From positions 288,001-352,000 of the forward strand of contig OZ219816.1 in assembly GCA_964291235.2 (NCBI GenBank): DNA of 64,000 nucleotides, in the 5' to 3' direction. This DNA is from Vicinamibacteria bacterium. GTDB lineage: Bacteria > Acidobacteriota > Vicinamibacteria > Marinacidobacterales > Marinacidobacteraceae. The notes under the pieces are model-generated. The model had not been told where the DNA came from. It saw only the letters and a list, made by a program, of their open reading frames with translations, and searched no databases. Shown one piece after another: positions 49,378-58,592 of this stretch (its first letter is position 1; each line of letters begins with the position of its first letter). The translations under genes and the position numbers were made by a program.

Positions 49378-51234
49378 ATGAATATTTCCTGTTTCCGAAT
49401 CGGCGTCGCGCCGGGACGGCTGTTTTCGCCGGTGCTGGCCATCCTCGTCGGCCTTGCGGCGCCTTCCTTCGCCCAGGAGGCCGCCCACCCGATCCGCATC
49501 GGGGAGATGCGGAGCCAGGACCGCCCGGTGGTTCCGGGAGTCCACGGCCTCGTCACCGCGGGACATCCGCTGGCGACCATGGCCGGCATCCAGACGCTCA
49601 TGAAGGGCGGCAACGCGATCGACGCATCCGTCGCGGTGCTCGCCGTCCTGAACGTCGTCCGCCCCCAGATGTCGGGCGCAGCCGGGAACGGCTTCCTGAC
49701 CTACTTCGACAAGGGTTCCGGCACGGTCCACTCGCTGAGCGCCACCGGGGCGGCGCCCAAGGCGCTCCGCGCCCAGGACCTCTCCCCCGACCAGTTGAAC
49801 AAGGGGATCAACGCCGGGGTGGTGCCAGGACTCTTCGGCGCCTGGATCTCGATGCTCGACCTCCACGGCACCATGACCCTCGAGGAGGTGCTGGGGCCCG
49901 CGATCGACTATGCGAAGAACGGCCATCCCATGGAGGAATCGGTATCGCGGGCGATCGAGGCGTCACGGGAGCACTTCGAGCGTTTCCCGACCAGCGTCCG
50001 CATGTTCATGCCCGAGGGGCGCCCGCCCGAAACCGGCGAGCTCTACAAGATGCCGGATCTCGCGCGGACGCTCGAAAAACTCGTCGAAGCGGAGCAGGCG
50101 GCGCGCCGCGCGGGCAAGGACCGTTCGGAGTCTCTCGATGCCGCTTTCGACCGCTTTTACCGCGGTGACCTCGCCGAGGAGATGGCGCGCTATTACGAGG
50201 AGAACGACGGCCCGTTCACCCTCGAGGACTTCGCCGCCTACGAGCCCATGTGGAAGGAGCCCCTCCACACGAACTACCGCGGCTACGACGTCTATTCCAG
50301 CCCGCCCACCTCGCGGGGCGGGATGGAAGTGCTGATGCAGCTCAACCTGATCGAGGGGTTCGATCTGGCCGATCTCGGCCAGAACTCGGCGGAGACGCTC
50401 CACCTGGTGATCGAGGCGATCAAGGTCGCCAAGTCGGACGTGTACCGCTACGTGGCGGACCAGGCGAAGTTCGAGGTGCCCCTCGAGGGACTGCTTTCCA
50501 AGGAGTACGCCGAAGAGCGGCGCGCGCTCATGAACGAACGCACCGCCGTGGCCTACCCCGCCGGCGGCGTTCCGCCGGGGGCTACGGCGACGGATGCCCC
50601 GCCGGGGGTTCTCTCCTCCGCGGATCCCGCCGCGAGCCGGTCCTTCGCCGGGAGCACGACCAGCTTCTCGGTGGTGGACGCGGCGGGCAACGCGGTGGCG
50701 TGCACTCCCACCCACGGCGGCATGTTCGGCACCGCGGTGGTGGTCGGGAGCACCGGCCTCACCTTCAACAACGGAACCCGTATCGGCTCGACCGCTCCGC
50801 ATCCGGACCACCCCAACTACGCCCGCGGCGGGCAGATACCCATCCTGAACAACTCGCCGATCATCGTCCTCAAGGACGGCGAGTTGATGCTCGCGCTGGG
50901 GACCCCGGGGGGCGAGACCATCGGCCAGACCCAGTTCCAGGTACTCCTGAACATCCTCGATTTCGGGCTGAACATCCAGGAGGCAGTCGCCGCGCCGCGG
51001 CTCAGCGTCTTCGCCGATCCGAACTTCTACACGCCGGGCTCCGACATCCTGGTGCGGGTGGAAAACCGGGTGATGCCGGGCGTGGTCGAGGCGCTCCTCG
51101 GGATGGGCCACCGGGCCGAACTCACCGGCGGCTACGCCCTCGGCAGCAACAACGGCATCCTCATGGATCTCGTCCGGGGCACGATGACGGCAGGCGCCGA
51201 CCCCCGCCGCGCCGCCTACGCCATGGGCTATTGA
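49378..51234 (+). CDS. ggt: Gamma-glutamyltransferase family protein
   Basis: GGNAIDA, TTSFSVVDAAGN nucleophile, GTPGG, GADPRR; signal peptide. Confidence 0.92.
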   Translation: MNISCFRIGVAPGRLFSPVLAILVGLAAPSFAQEAAHPIRIGEMRSQDRPVVPGVHGLVTAGHPLATMAGIQTLMKGGNAIDASVAVLAVLNVVRPQMSGAAGNGFLTYFDKGSGTVHSLSATGAAPKALRAQDLSPDQLNKGINAGVVPGLFGAWISMLDLHGTMTLEEVLGPAIDYAKNGHPMEESVSRAIEASREHFERFPTSVRMFMPEGRPPETGELYKMPDLARTLEKLVEAEQAARRAGKDRSESLDAAFDRFYRGDLAEEMARYYEENDGPFTLEDFAAYEPMWKEPLHTNYRGYDVYSSPPTSRGGMEVLMQLNLIEGFDLADLGQNSAETLHLVIEAIKVAKSDVYRYVADQAKFEVPLEGLLSKEYAEERRALMNERTAVAYPAGGVPPGATATDAPPGVLSSADPAASRSFAGSTTSFSVVDAAGNAVACTPTHGGMFGTAVVVGSTGLTFNNGTRIGSTAPHPDHPNYARGGQIPILNNSPIIVLKDGELMLALGTPGGETIGQTQFQVLLNILDFGLNIQEAVAAPRLSVFADPNFYTPGSDILVRVENRVMPGVVEALLGMGHRAELTGGYALGSNNGILMDLVRGTMTAGADPRRAAYAMGY

Positions 51235-51241
51235 TGGTGAG

Positions 51242-51848
51242 GGCGAACAGGCAAGGGAACGCCGGCCTCCAGGCCGGCACAGCCCGCCGCAGGCGGGCGA
51301 CGGCACGGCACCCCCACCGTCAGGACGATTCCCCTCTCTGCGGAAACCCCACCCGCCTTGGCGGCGCACGGGCACGGGAACGCCGGCCTCCAGGCCGGCA
51401 CAGCCCGCCGCAGGCGGGCGGCGGGACGGTCCCCCCACTGTCAGGATGATTCCCCTCTCGGCGCAAACCCCACCCGCCTTGGCGGCGCACAGGCAAGGGA
51501 ACGCCGGCCTCCAGGCCGGCACAGCCCGCCGCAGGCGGGCGGCGGGACGGTCCCTACACGGTCAGGATGGTCCCCTCTCAGCCGAAACCCCACCCGCCTT
51601 GGCGGCGCACGGGCGCGGGAACGCCGGCCTCCAGGCCGGCACAGCCCGCCGCAGGCGGGCGGCGGGACGGTCCCTACACGGTCAGGATGGTCCCCTCTCA
51701 GCCGAAACCCCACCCGCCTTGGTGTCGCACAGGCAAGGGAACGCCGGCCTCCAGGCCGGCACAGCCCGCCGCAGGCGGGCGGCGGGACGGTCCCTACACT
51801 GTCAAGATGGTCCCCTCTCGGCGGAAACCCCACCCGCCTTGGTGTCGC
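51242..51848 (+). repeat. Tandem array of five 120-121-bp REP-containing units
   Basis: GGGAACGCCGGCCTCCAGGCCGGCACAGCCCGCCGCAGGCGGGC at 51255, 51376, 51497, 51617, 51737. Confidence 0.97.
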
Positions 51849-51911
51849 GGCAGACACGGGACCATCCAGACCGGCACCACAGAGCCCGCACCCACGGAGA
51901 CATTTGAGCTC

Positions 51912-52820
51912 ATGACCAAAACGACGCGCAACCCCTACTTCTCCGCGGCACTCGCCGCCCTCCTCGCCCTCACCCTCGCCTCCTCCGCCGCCACCCAGGA
52001 CACCCCCATGCCCGAGATGGTGGAAATCAAGGGCGGGGTCTTCTTCATGGGCTCGCAGGCCGGCCCGCCCCAGGAAAAGCCGATCCACGCCGTCCAGGTC
52101 TCCGACTTCTGGATGTCCAAGTACGAGGTGACCCACGCCGAGTTCGCCGCCTTCGTGGAGGACAGCGGCTACGTGACCGAGGCCGAAGAGTTCGGTACCG
52201 GCCGGATCCTCCGGGACGGCCGCTTCGTGTACGCCCCCGGCTTCACCTGGAAGGAACCCCACGGCCCCGGCTCGGAGGTCGCCGAACCCGACAAGTACCC
52301 CGTCGTCCAGGTGAGCTGGAACGACGGCGTGGCCTACACCCGCTGGCTGAGCCAGAAAACCGGGCAGGCCTATCGGCTACCGACCGAGGCCGAATGGGAG
52401 TACGCGTGCCGCGGCGGCACCCAGACGACCTACTGGTGGGGCGACGACTTCGATCCCACCAAGCTGAACAGCTCGGCGACCTGGCGGCAGGGAGACGCTC
52501 CCTGGCCGCGGGACGAGCACACCCTCATCACGCGCATCGACCAGTATCCGGCGAACCCCTTCGGCCTCCACGACATCGTCGGCAACAACTGGGAGTGGGT
52601 CCAGGACTACTCCGACGCGGACTACTACGCGGCGCAGGTGCGACGCCCGGAATCACCGGTGGTGGACCCCCAGGGACCCGCCTCCGGCCATGAGCGCGTC
52701 CTCCGTGGGGGCGGCTGGAACGGAACCGCCGCCCGGACGACCTGTTCCTTCCGCTTCCTCGCCGACCCGCCGGTGTACCGCAGCGATCACGTCAGCCTCC
52801 GGGTGGTCCGGAACCCCTGA
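51912..52820 (+). CDS. Exported FGE-sulfatase (SUMF1-like) domain protein
   Basis: F.MGS, YEVT, PVVQVSWND, RLPTEAEWEYACRGG, NPFGLHD..GN.WEW, RGGGW. Confidence 0.92.
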   Translation: MTKTTRNPYFSAALAALLALTLASSAATQDTPMPEMVEIKGGVFFMGSQAGPPQEKPIHAVQVSDFWMSKYEVTHAEFAAFVEDSGYVTEAEEFGTGRILRDGRFVYAPGFTWKEPHGPGSEVAEPDKYPVVQVSWNDGVAYTRWLSQKTGQAYRLPTEAEWEYACRGGTQTTYWWGDDFDPTKLNSSATWRQGDAPWPRDEHTLITRIDQYPANPFGLHDIVGNNWEWVQDYSDADYYAAQVRRPESPVVDPQGPASGHERVLRGGGWNGTAARTTCSFRFLADPPVYRSDHVSLRVVRNP

Positions 52821-52999
52821 AACCATCGCCGGGCATCGCCGAGAAGGGAACGCCGGCGAATTTCGCGGTGCGGGCTTCACACCCGCACCCTCCGCCGGAC
52901 ACCGGCGAAACGCGAGTTCTTGATCTACCGGCCTCACCCGAATCACTGGCCGGAGCGGAGTTATCCTGTCGCTAGACCCTCCGATAGACGAATCCCGGC

Positions 53000-53344
53000 A
53001 TGCAACCTTCACTCGAGCTACATCCGGCGGAACAGGACTGGCTGGACAACTACCGAAAAGAACTCACAAAGCACCACCCCAATGCCGTGAGCAGCATGGT
53101 CATCTACGGCTCCAGGGCGCGTGGAGACGGAGGCGAAGACAGCGACCTCGACGTACTGCTGTTTGTCCGAAATGAAGCTTCCGGGCTGAAGAAGGCGCTC
53201 CGGCGGATCGGGTATCGGCTTTCCGCCGCTTCTTACGCGGTGCCGTCCATCCTCGCGTACACCGAGGACGAGTGGGAACATCGGAGACGCCTCCGCGCCC
53301 CGTTTCTGGAGGCTGTCGAGCGCGACGCCGTGAAGGTACTGTGA
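53000..53344 (+). CDS. Minimal nucleotidyltransferase (MNT-type antitoxin)
   Basis: IYGSRARGD...SDLDVL, 114 aa. Confidence 0.88.
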   Translation: MQPSLELHPAEQDWLDNYRKELTKHHPNAVSSMVIYGSRARGDGGEDSDLDVLLFVRNEASGLKKALRRIGYRLSAASYAVPSILAYTEDEWEHRRRLRAPFLEAVERDAVKVL

Positions 53345-53538
53345 ATCTCCAGGCGGTCGCCGGTGAATGGTCTCCAGTGGTGGACCCCCAGGGACCCGCC
53401 TCCGGCCATGAGCGCGTCCTCCGGGGAGGCGGCTGGAACGGAACCGCTGCCCGCACGACCTGTTCCTTCCGCTTCCTCGCCGACCCGCCGGTGTACCGCA
53501 GCGATCACGTCAGCCTGCGGGTAGTCCGGAACCCCTGA
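53341..53538 (+). pseudogene. Chimera: 10-codon HEPN-like start fused to duplicated FGE-gene 3' end
   Basis: GTGA overlap with MNT stop; 53371-53538 duplicates 52653-52820. Confidence 0.7.
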
Positions 53539-53598
53539 CGAGCGGGCGCCCGCCGGCGAGGGTCAGTGGGACGCGGCGCCGCCGCGCCGAAATGGCCC

Positions 53599-54384
53599 CT
53601 ACCGGGCGCAGGTGAGGTGCCGGCCGCCGTCAACCGGGATGGTGACCCCGGTGCAGAAGCCCGCATCGTCGGACAGCAGGAAGAGCGCGAGATCCGCAAC
53701 CTCCTCCGGCTTCCCGATGCGTCCGATGGGGTGGGTGGTCTTGGAGTGCTCCACGAAGGCCGCGTAGCGGTCGTCGTCGAGCCCCCCGGCGGTATGGAGT
53801 TCCGTGCGGGTAACTCCGGGGTTCACCGAGTTCACGCGAACCCCCTTCGCGGCGAGTTCGAGCGCCGAGCAGCGCGTCAACTGGTCGAGCGCCGACTTGC
53901 TCGAGTTGTAGGCCAGAACTCCCGGGAAGGAGCGGATCCCGTTCACGCTGGAGACGTTCACGATGCTCCCCTTCCCTTCGAGAAGATGGGGCACGGAGAG
54001 CCGCATCAGGTCGAAGACCGCCTCGACGTTCAGCGCGAACATCCGCTGCCAGGCGTCCAGCCCGGTGTTTTCGATGGTGCCGAAGGCGATCACCCCGGCG
54101 GAGTTCACCAGGTGGTCCAGCCCGCCGAAGCGCTGCACGGTTTCCTCGACCACCCGTGACCGGAAATCCGAATCCGTCACGTCCCCGGCGAGGGGCAGCG
54201 CCGCCCCGCCCGCCACCTCGATTTCACGGGCGAGTGCTCCGAGACGTTCGGGACGGCGCGCGGTCACGGTGACCTTCGCGCCCTCGGCGCCCAGCGCCAA
54301 CGCGGTGGCCCGCCCGATCCCGCTGGAGGCCCCGGTCACGATGGCGACCTTGTTCTGAAAGCGTTTCTGCGCGCGATTCGGCAC
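53599..54384 (-). CDS. Short-chain dehydrogenase/reductase
   Basis: TGASSGIG, YNSSK, VRVNSVNPG, VDGG; GAGGAG RBS before GTG. Confidence 0.93.
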   Translation of the reverse strand: MPNRAQKRFQNKVAIVTGASSGIGRATALALGAEGAKVTVTARRPERLGALAREIEVAGGAALPLAGDVTDSDFRSRVVEETVQRFGGLDHLVNSAGVIAFGTIENTGLDAWQRMFALNVEAVFDLMRLSVPHLLEGKGSIVNVSSVNGIRSFPGVLAYNSSKSALDQLTRCSALELAAKGVRVNSVNPGVTRTELHTAGGLDDDRYAAFVEHSKTTHPIGRIGKPEEVADLALFLLSDDAGFCTGVTIPVDGGRHLTCAR

Positions 54385-54480
54385 CGTTGTTCTCCTCTGG
54401 CTGGAAGCGGCGGCTCGGCGCCGCTCGCTGGACTTTCCCAAACCCCGGGCGGGAGACTATCGCCGCCAGGCAGCGATTTC

Positions 54481-55437
54481 GTGCCCGAATATCCCGACGT
54501 AGAGCTCTACCGGTCCGCGGTCGAGGCCCGGATCGTGGGCGCGCGGCTGACCGGCTTCCGGATTGCCTCCCCGCATCTCCTGGCCTCGGTGGAGACGCCT
54601 CCCGAAGCCCTGGTCGGAAGTCTTGCCACCGGCATCCGCCGGATCGGAAAGCAGCTCGTCATGGAATTCGAGGAGGGCCTCTTCTGCGCCGTCCATCTGG
54701 CGGTGGCGGGACGTTTCCACTGGACGGAGGGCTTGGGTCGCGGCAAGCCGGTTCGGCTCTCACCCCGCGGCAACCTCGCGGTGTGGACCTTCGAAGCCGG
54801 CCCGGCGGGCGGCGGACACCTGCGGCTGGTGGAGCGAAGTCCGAAAAAGCGCGCCTCGATCCGCGTCGGACGGGGAGAGGCGCAGCTTCGGGCGCTCGAT
54901 CGCGGCGGGCTGGAAATCCCCGGCTCCACCCGGGACGAATTCGCGGCCCGGCTCGCCGGTCTGACCAGCACCATCAAGCGCGCGCTCACCGAGCCGGCTC
55001 GTTTCGCGGGCATCGGGAACGCCTACTCCGACGAGATCCTGCATCGCGCCCGGCTTTCGCCCTCGAAGCGCGCCGGAAACCTCGGCGAGGACGAGCTGGA
55101 TCGTCTCCACAACGCCGCGAAGGGGGTGCTCACCCAGTGGGCGGCCCGCCTTCAGGACGAATGCGGAAGCGCTTTTCCCACCGGCGTCACCGCCTTCCGC
55201 GACGGCATGGCGGTCCACGGCCGATTCGGCCAGCCCTGTCCGGATTGCGGGTCCCCGGTCCAACGGGTGCGCCGCGCCGAAAACGAGTTCAACTACTGCG
55301 CGACCTGCCAGACCGGGGGGCGATTGCTGGCCGACCGGGCGATGTCGCGGCTGTTGCGGAAAAAGTACCCGCGGACGCTCAAGGCGGCCGAGGAGCGGCG
55401 GCGGCGGTTGGGCTCGCACGAGCCCCCGCCGGACTGA
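54481..55437 (+). CDS. Fpg/Nei family DNA glycosylase
   Basis: N-terminal PE, H2TH AGIGNAYSDEIL, zinc finger CPDC...CATCQ. Confidence 0.92.
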   Translation: MPEYPDVELYRSAVEARIVGARLTGFRIASPHLLASVETPPEALVGSLATGIRRIGKQLVMEFEEGLFCAVHLAVAGRFHWTEGLGRGKPVRLSPRGNLAVWTFEAGPAGGGHLRLVERSPKKRASIRVGRGEAQLRALDRGGLEIPGSTRDEFAARLAGLTSTIKRALTEPARFAGIGNAYSDEILHRARLSPSKRAGNLGEDELDRLHNAAKGVLTQWAARLQDECGSAFPTGVTAFRDGMAVHGRFGQPCPDCGSPVQRVRRAENEFNYCATCQTGGRLLADRAMSRLLRKKYPRTLKAAEERRRRLGSHEPPPD

Positions 55438-55485
55438 CGACCCGCGGGTTCGTTTCCCTGCGGGCCGCCAGCCGCGCAAATCCCC

Positions 55486-56976
55486 TCAGGGTGATTCCGG
55501 CAAGAAGTCCACTGTCAGCGTCATGCGGATGGGGAGGGGCTCGCCGTCCACAAGCGCGGGCTCGTACCGCCACTCACGGACCGCGGCGACCGCCGCCTCG
55601 TCGAGAAGCGGCACCGAATGCAGCACCTCGACGTCGGTCACCGCACCGGTCGCGCTGATCGTTGCCTCCAGGACGACGACGCCGTGAACGCCGGCCGCCA
55701 ATGCCTCAGGGGGGTAGACCGGTAGAACGCCGTGGACCCTCTTGGGGGGTGTAGGGGTCCCCTCCCTGGTCCTGATCGAGTCCACCGAGCGGCCGGCGCC
55801 CGGGTCGGACTCATCAAGCGTCGCGCGCAGCTCGACGAGGACGTCCTCCAACTGCGCCTGGAGGTCGGCGGCCCTGCGGACGAGTTCCTCGACACGCTCG
55901 CGCAACGGTTCCGTTCGCTGCTCTTGCTCGACCGGACTACCGATCGATTCGCCGCGGCCCGCCGCGGAAACGGGCCCGACCTGCAGGCCGGCGAAGAGGA
56001 TCGATGCCAGCGCGAGCACGCTCAGGCTTCCGAAGCGCGCCAGGCGCGTCATCGGATGCCGGTTGGTGTGGGAATTCAACATGACGGACAACCTCCGTTT
56101 GAGATGTGACGGACGCGCCATTGCCGGTGCCGGCAACCACGTCCGTCGGTTCTTGCGAATTTCTCTTGCGAGTTCGATGAGGTGCGTGGCACAGGTGGTG
56201 GGGGGAACACCCTGAGCCAGCACGAAGTCGTCGGCCGCGTGCTCGCTCTCGCGACGGAGCTGTCCACGCACCGACCAGGCCAAGGGGTTGAACCACCAGA
56301 GGCAGCGCAGCGCCTCGGCCGCCATGAGCAGCATCCAGTCGCCCCGGCGCGCGTGTGCGAGCTCGTGCAACAGCACGACGCGCATGCGCTCCGCCGGCCA
56401 CTCGGACGCCGACGCCGGGAGCATGACGACCGGCCGCCGCCAGCCCCAGGTCGCCACCAGCCCCAGCCGCGGACCCAGCAGGAGGTCAATGTCCCGTTTC
56501 AGGCCGCAGGACTGCGCAAGGTCGGTGCACAACCGACGCCACGGCCCTTCCGTGAGTCGGTTCGACGAGACACGAAGCCATCGCAGTCTCGCGAGCCCGA
56601 CCAGGAGCACAGCGGTGCTCGCGACCGCGCCCACCAGCCAGATCGTCACGGCCAACCAGCCGACCACGGGGTCGCTCGCGAGCGCCACCACGGCGGCCAG
56701 AAAACCGTCGAGTGGAAAACCGGCTGGCTGCGACGCAACAGCCGCTCCGAACAAACTGACATCCACCCGCTCTGCGAATGGGACGCCGAGGCGCAGCCGG
56801 AGCGCCTGGATCGGAAGGACGTGGAGCGCGGGCACGGTGAGCGCCGACACGACACCGACCGCCAGCACCCAGTGTCTTGCGGAGGCGGAGCTCTTGCGAA
56901 GACAGAGGGCGCCGATCAGCGTCAGTAGCAGGATGGCCGACACCTTGATCGTCAACGCGGCCAGCAGGCTAGTCAC
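55486..56976 (-). CDS. BlaR1/MecR1 M56 peptidase fused to TonB C-terminal domain
   Basis: HELAH, WWFNPL, ESEHAADD; PVYPPEA...GVVVL...AVREWRYEP. Confidence 0.9.
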   Translation of the reverse strand: MTSLLAALTIKVSAILLLTLIGALCLRKSSASARHWVLAVGVVSALTVPALHVLPIQALRLRLGVPFAERVDVSLFGAAVASQPAGFPLDGFLAAVVALASDPVVGWLAVTIWLVGAVASTAVLLVGLARLRWLRVSSNRLTEGPWRRLCTDLAQSCGLKRDIDLLLGPRLGLVATWGWRRPVVMLPASASEWPAERMRVVLLHELAHARRGDWMLLMAAEALRCLWWFNPLAWSVRGQLRRESEHAADDFVLAQGVPPTTCATHLIELAREIRKNRRTWLPAPAMARPSHLKRRLSVMLNSHTNRHPMTRLARFGSLSVLALASILFAGLQVGPVSAAGRGESIGSPVEQEQRTEPLRERVEELVRRAADLQAQLEDVLVELRATLDESDPGAGRSVDSIRTREGTPTPPKRVHGVLPVYPPEALAAGVHGVVVLEATISATGAVTDVEVLHSVPLLDEAAVAAVREWRYEPALVDGEPLPIRMTLTVDFLPESP

Positions 56977-57460
56977 TGTCTCCCCCGTCGCCACTCGTGT
57001 CGTTTCCAACCGGCCCACCGCCGGGGGGTGCGCCGGCGGCATGACCGGGATCCCGCTGCGCTGCTTTCGCGTCGGCAACGAACTGTGCGATCCGGTCGAG
57101 TTCCGGTTCCGTCAGATGCTTCGCCTCGCCGCCGAGCAATGCGGCCACCGCCTGTTCGGCAGACCCCTCGAAAAATGTCCCGACGAGATGCCGCAACGCT
57201 GATCGGCGCGCCGCCCGACGCGTTGACACCGGGCGATAGACGTACCTCAACCCTTGCTCCTCGTGGCGCACGTACCCCTTTTGCTCAAGGATGCGGAGTT
57301 GTGTGCGGACCGTCGACAAGCTCGGACTGCCGGGCAACTCCTTCCGGACGACCGCGGCCGCGGCGCGGCCGAGCCGGAACAGGATGTCCATGATCTGTCG
57401 CTCCCGACGCGACAAGTGGCTGTGCCACGATCCTTCGATGCGCATGAGAGTTCGACCCAT
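56969..57460 (-). CDS. BlaI/MecI/CopY family repressor
   Basis: LSRRERQIMDIL, STVRTQLRILEQKG, FFEGS; GGAGG RBS. Confidence 0.92.
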   Translation of the reverse strand: MGRTLMRIEGSWHSHLSRRERQIMDILFRLGRAAAAVVRKELPGSPSLSTVRTQLRILEQKGYVRHEEQGLRYVYRPVSTRRAARRSALRHLVGTFFEGSAEQAVAALLGGEAKHLTEPELDRIAQFVADAKAAQRDPGHAAGAPPGGGPVGNDTSGDGGDSD

Positions 57461-57482
57461 TGCAACCTCCGCCGGTCTTGGA

Positions 57483-57500
57483 GTGTTATTTTTATAACAC
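57483..57500. promoter_or_regulatory. Putative BlaI-family operator
   Basis: Perfect AT-rich inverted repeat GTGTTAT-TTTT-ATAACAC just upstream of the repressor RBS. Confidence 0.7.
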
Positions 57501-57691
57501 ATCCGCTACTAAATTAGCACCTGCAATCCTGACCCATGCGAACGCCTCAGGATCCGCGGATGCGGCCGAGGGGCGGCGGCGGCGTCTCAAGGTCCCGGAT
57601 CAGCTCGCCCGAGAAGGACCGTGTCGCCCGAAGACATGTTCTCGCGCATCCAGCCGCAACCGACTAGTCTCACGATTACCAACAGACGGAG

Positions 57692-57955
57692 ATCACTGCA
57701 AACAAACACTGGCAAGCTTCCGCGGCAGGGGCTCGATTCGCCGATCTGTTGAACGCGGTGCAGGCTCAGGGAGTTCAGATCATCACCACGGAGGTTGCCG
57801 AGATTGCGGTCGTTGTGTCGATGGAAGGCTGGCGGACTCTGATGCGGCGGAATAGACCGAACTTGAAGACCCTCTTGCTCGATCCTGAGGCGCGCACCGA
57901 TGCCCTCACGCCGGAGCGGCGGCGGTGCTGGTGTCGTCGAGAGCCCCACCGTTAG
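57692..57955 (+). pseudogene. Decayed Phd/YefM-family antitoxin
   Basis: WQASAAGARFADLL...QIIT...AVVVS resembles Phd WQLQEAKARFSEL; no start codon at the expected place; GACTAGTC palindrome at 57662. Confidence 0.65.
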
Positions 57956-57961
57956 CTAGCC

Positions 57962-58553
57962 CGGCTACTGGGGTTTCCGCCGAGAGGGGAGCCATGCCGA
58001 CGGGTGGGGTCTGGGCCGACGCGGGCCTGCGGCCCGCTGTGCCGACCTGGAGGTCGGCGTTCCCGTGCCGGTGCGCCACCAGGGCTAATGGGATTCCTCC
58101 GAGAGGGGAGCCATGCCGACGGGTGGGGTCTGGGCCGACGCGGGCCTGCGGCCCGCTGTGCCGACCTGGAGGTCGGCGTTCCCGTGCCGGTGCGCCACCA
58201 GGGCTAATGGGATTCCTCCGAGAGGGGAACCATGCCGACGGGTGGGGTCCGTGCCGACGCGGGCCTGCGGCCCGCTGTGCCGACCTGGAGGTCGGCGTTC
58301 CCGTGCCGGTGCGCCACCAGGGCTAATGGGATTCCTCCGAGAGGGGAACCATGCCGACGGGTGGGGTCCGTGCCGACGCGGGCCTGCGGCCCGCTGTGCC
58401 GACCTGGAGGTCGGCGTTCCCTTGCCGGTGCACCACCAGGGCTAATGGGATTCCTCCGACAGGGGAACCATGCCGACGGGTGGGGTCTGCGCCGACGCGG
58501 GCCTGCGGCCCGCTGTGCCGACCTGGAGGTCGGCGTTCCCGTGCCGGTGCGCC
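57962..58553 (-). repeat. Tandem array of five 119-bp REP-containing units, inverted homologue of the 51.2-kb array
   Basis: GCGGGCCTGCGGCCCGCTGTGCCGACCTGGAGGTCGGCGTTCCC repeated at 119-bp period. Confidence 0.97.
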
Positions 58554-58592
58554 CCCGTGCCGGAGTACCGGCGGTCCCTTCCGGAGTAGCGC

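Noticed and set aside
51242-51848. CRISPR array
   Set aside because: Inter-hairpin segments are homologous between units rather than unique spacers, the period is ~120 bp, and no cas genes are present
51912-52820. Catalytic formylglycine-generating enzyme
   Set aside because: Lacks the RGGS-x2-C-x4-C copper-binding motif; annotated only as FGE-fold
52653-53538. Diversity-generating retroelement TR/VR pair (FGE/CLec C-termini are classic DGR targets)
   Set aside because: Only 3 of 8 differences have A in the downstream copy, all are synonymous, and no reverse transcriptase or avd gene is in the window
57962-58553. CRISPR array or repeat-protein gene
   Set aside because: Units are almost identical with no spacers; the 119-bp period is not a multiple of 3, so the repeated-peptide ORFs are artefacts
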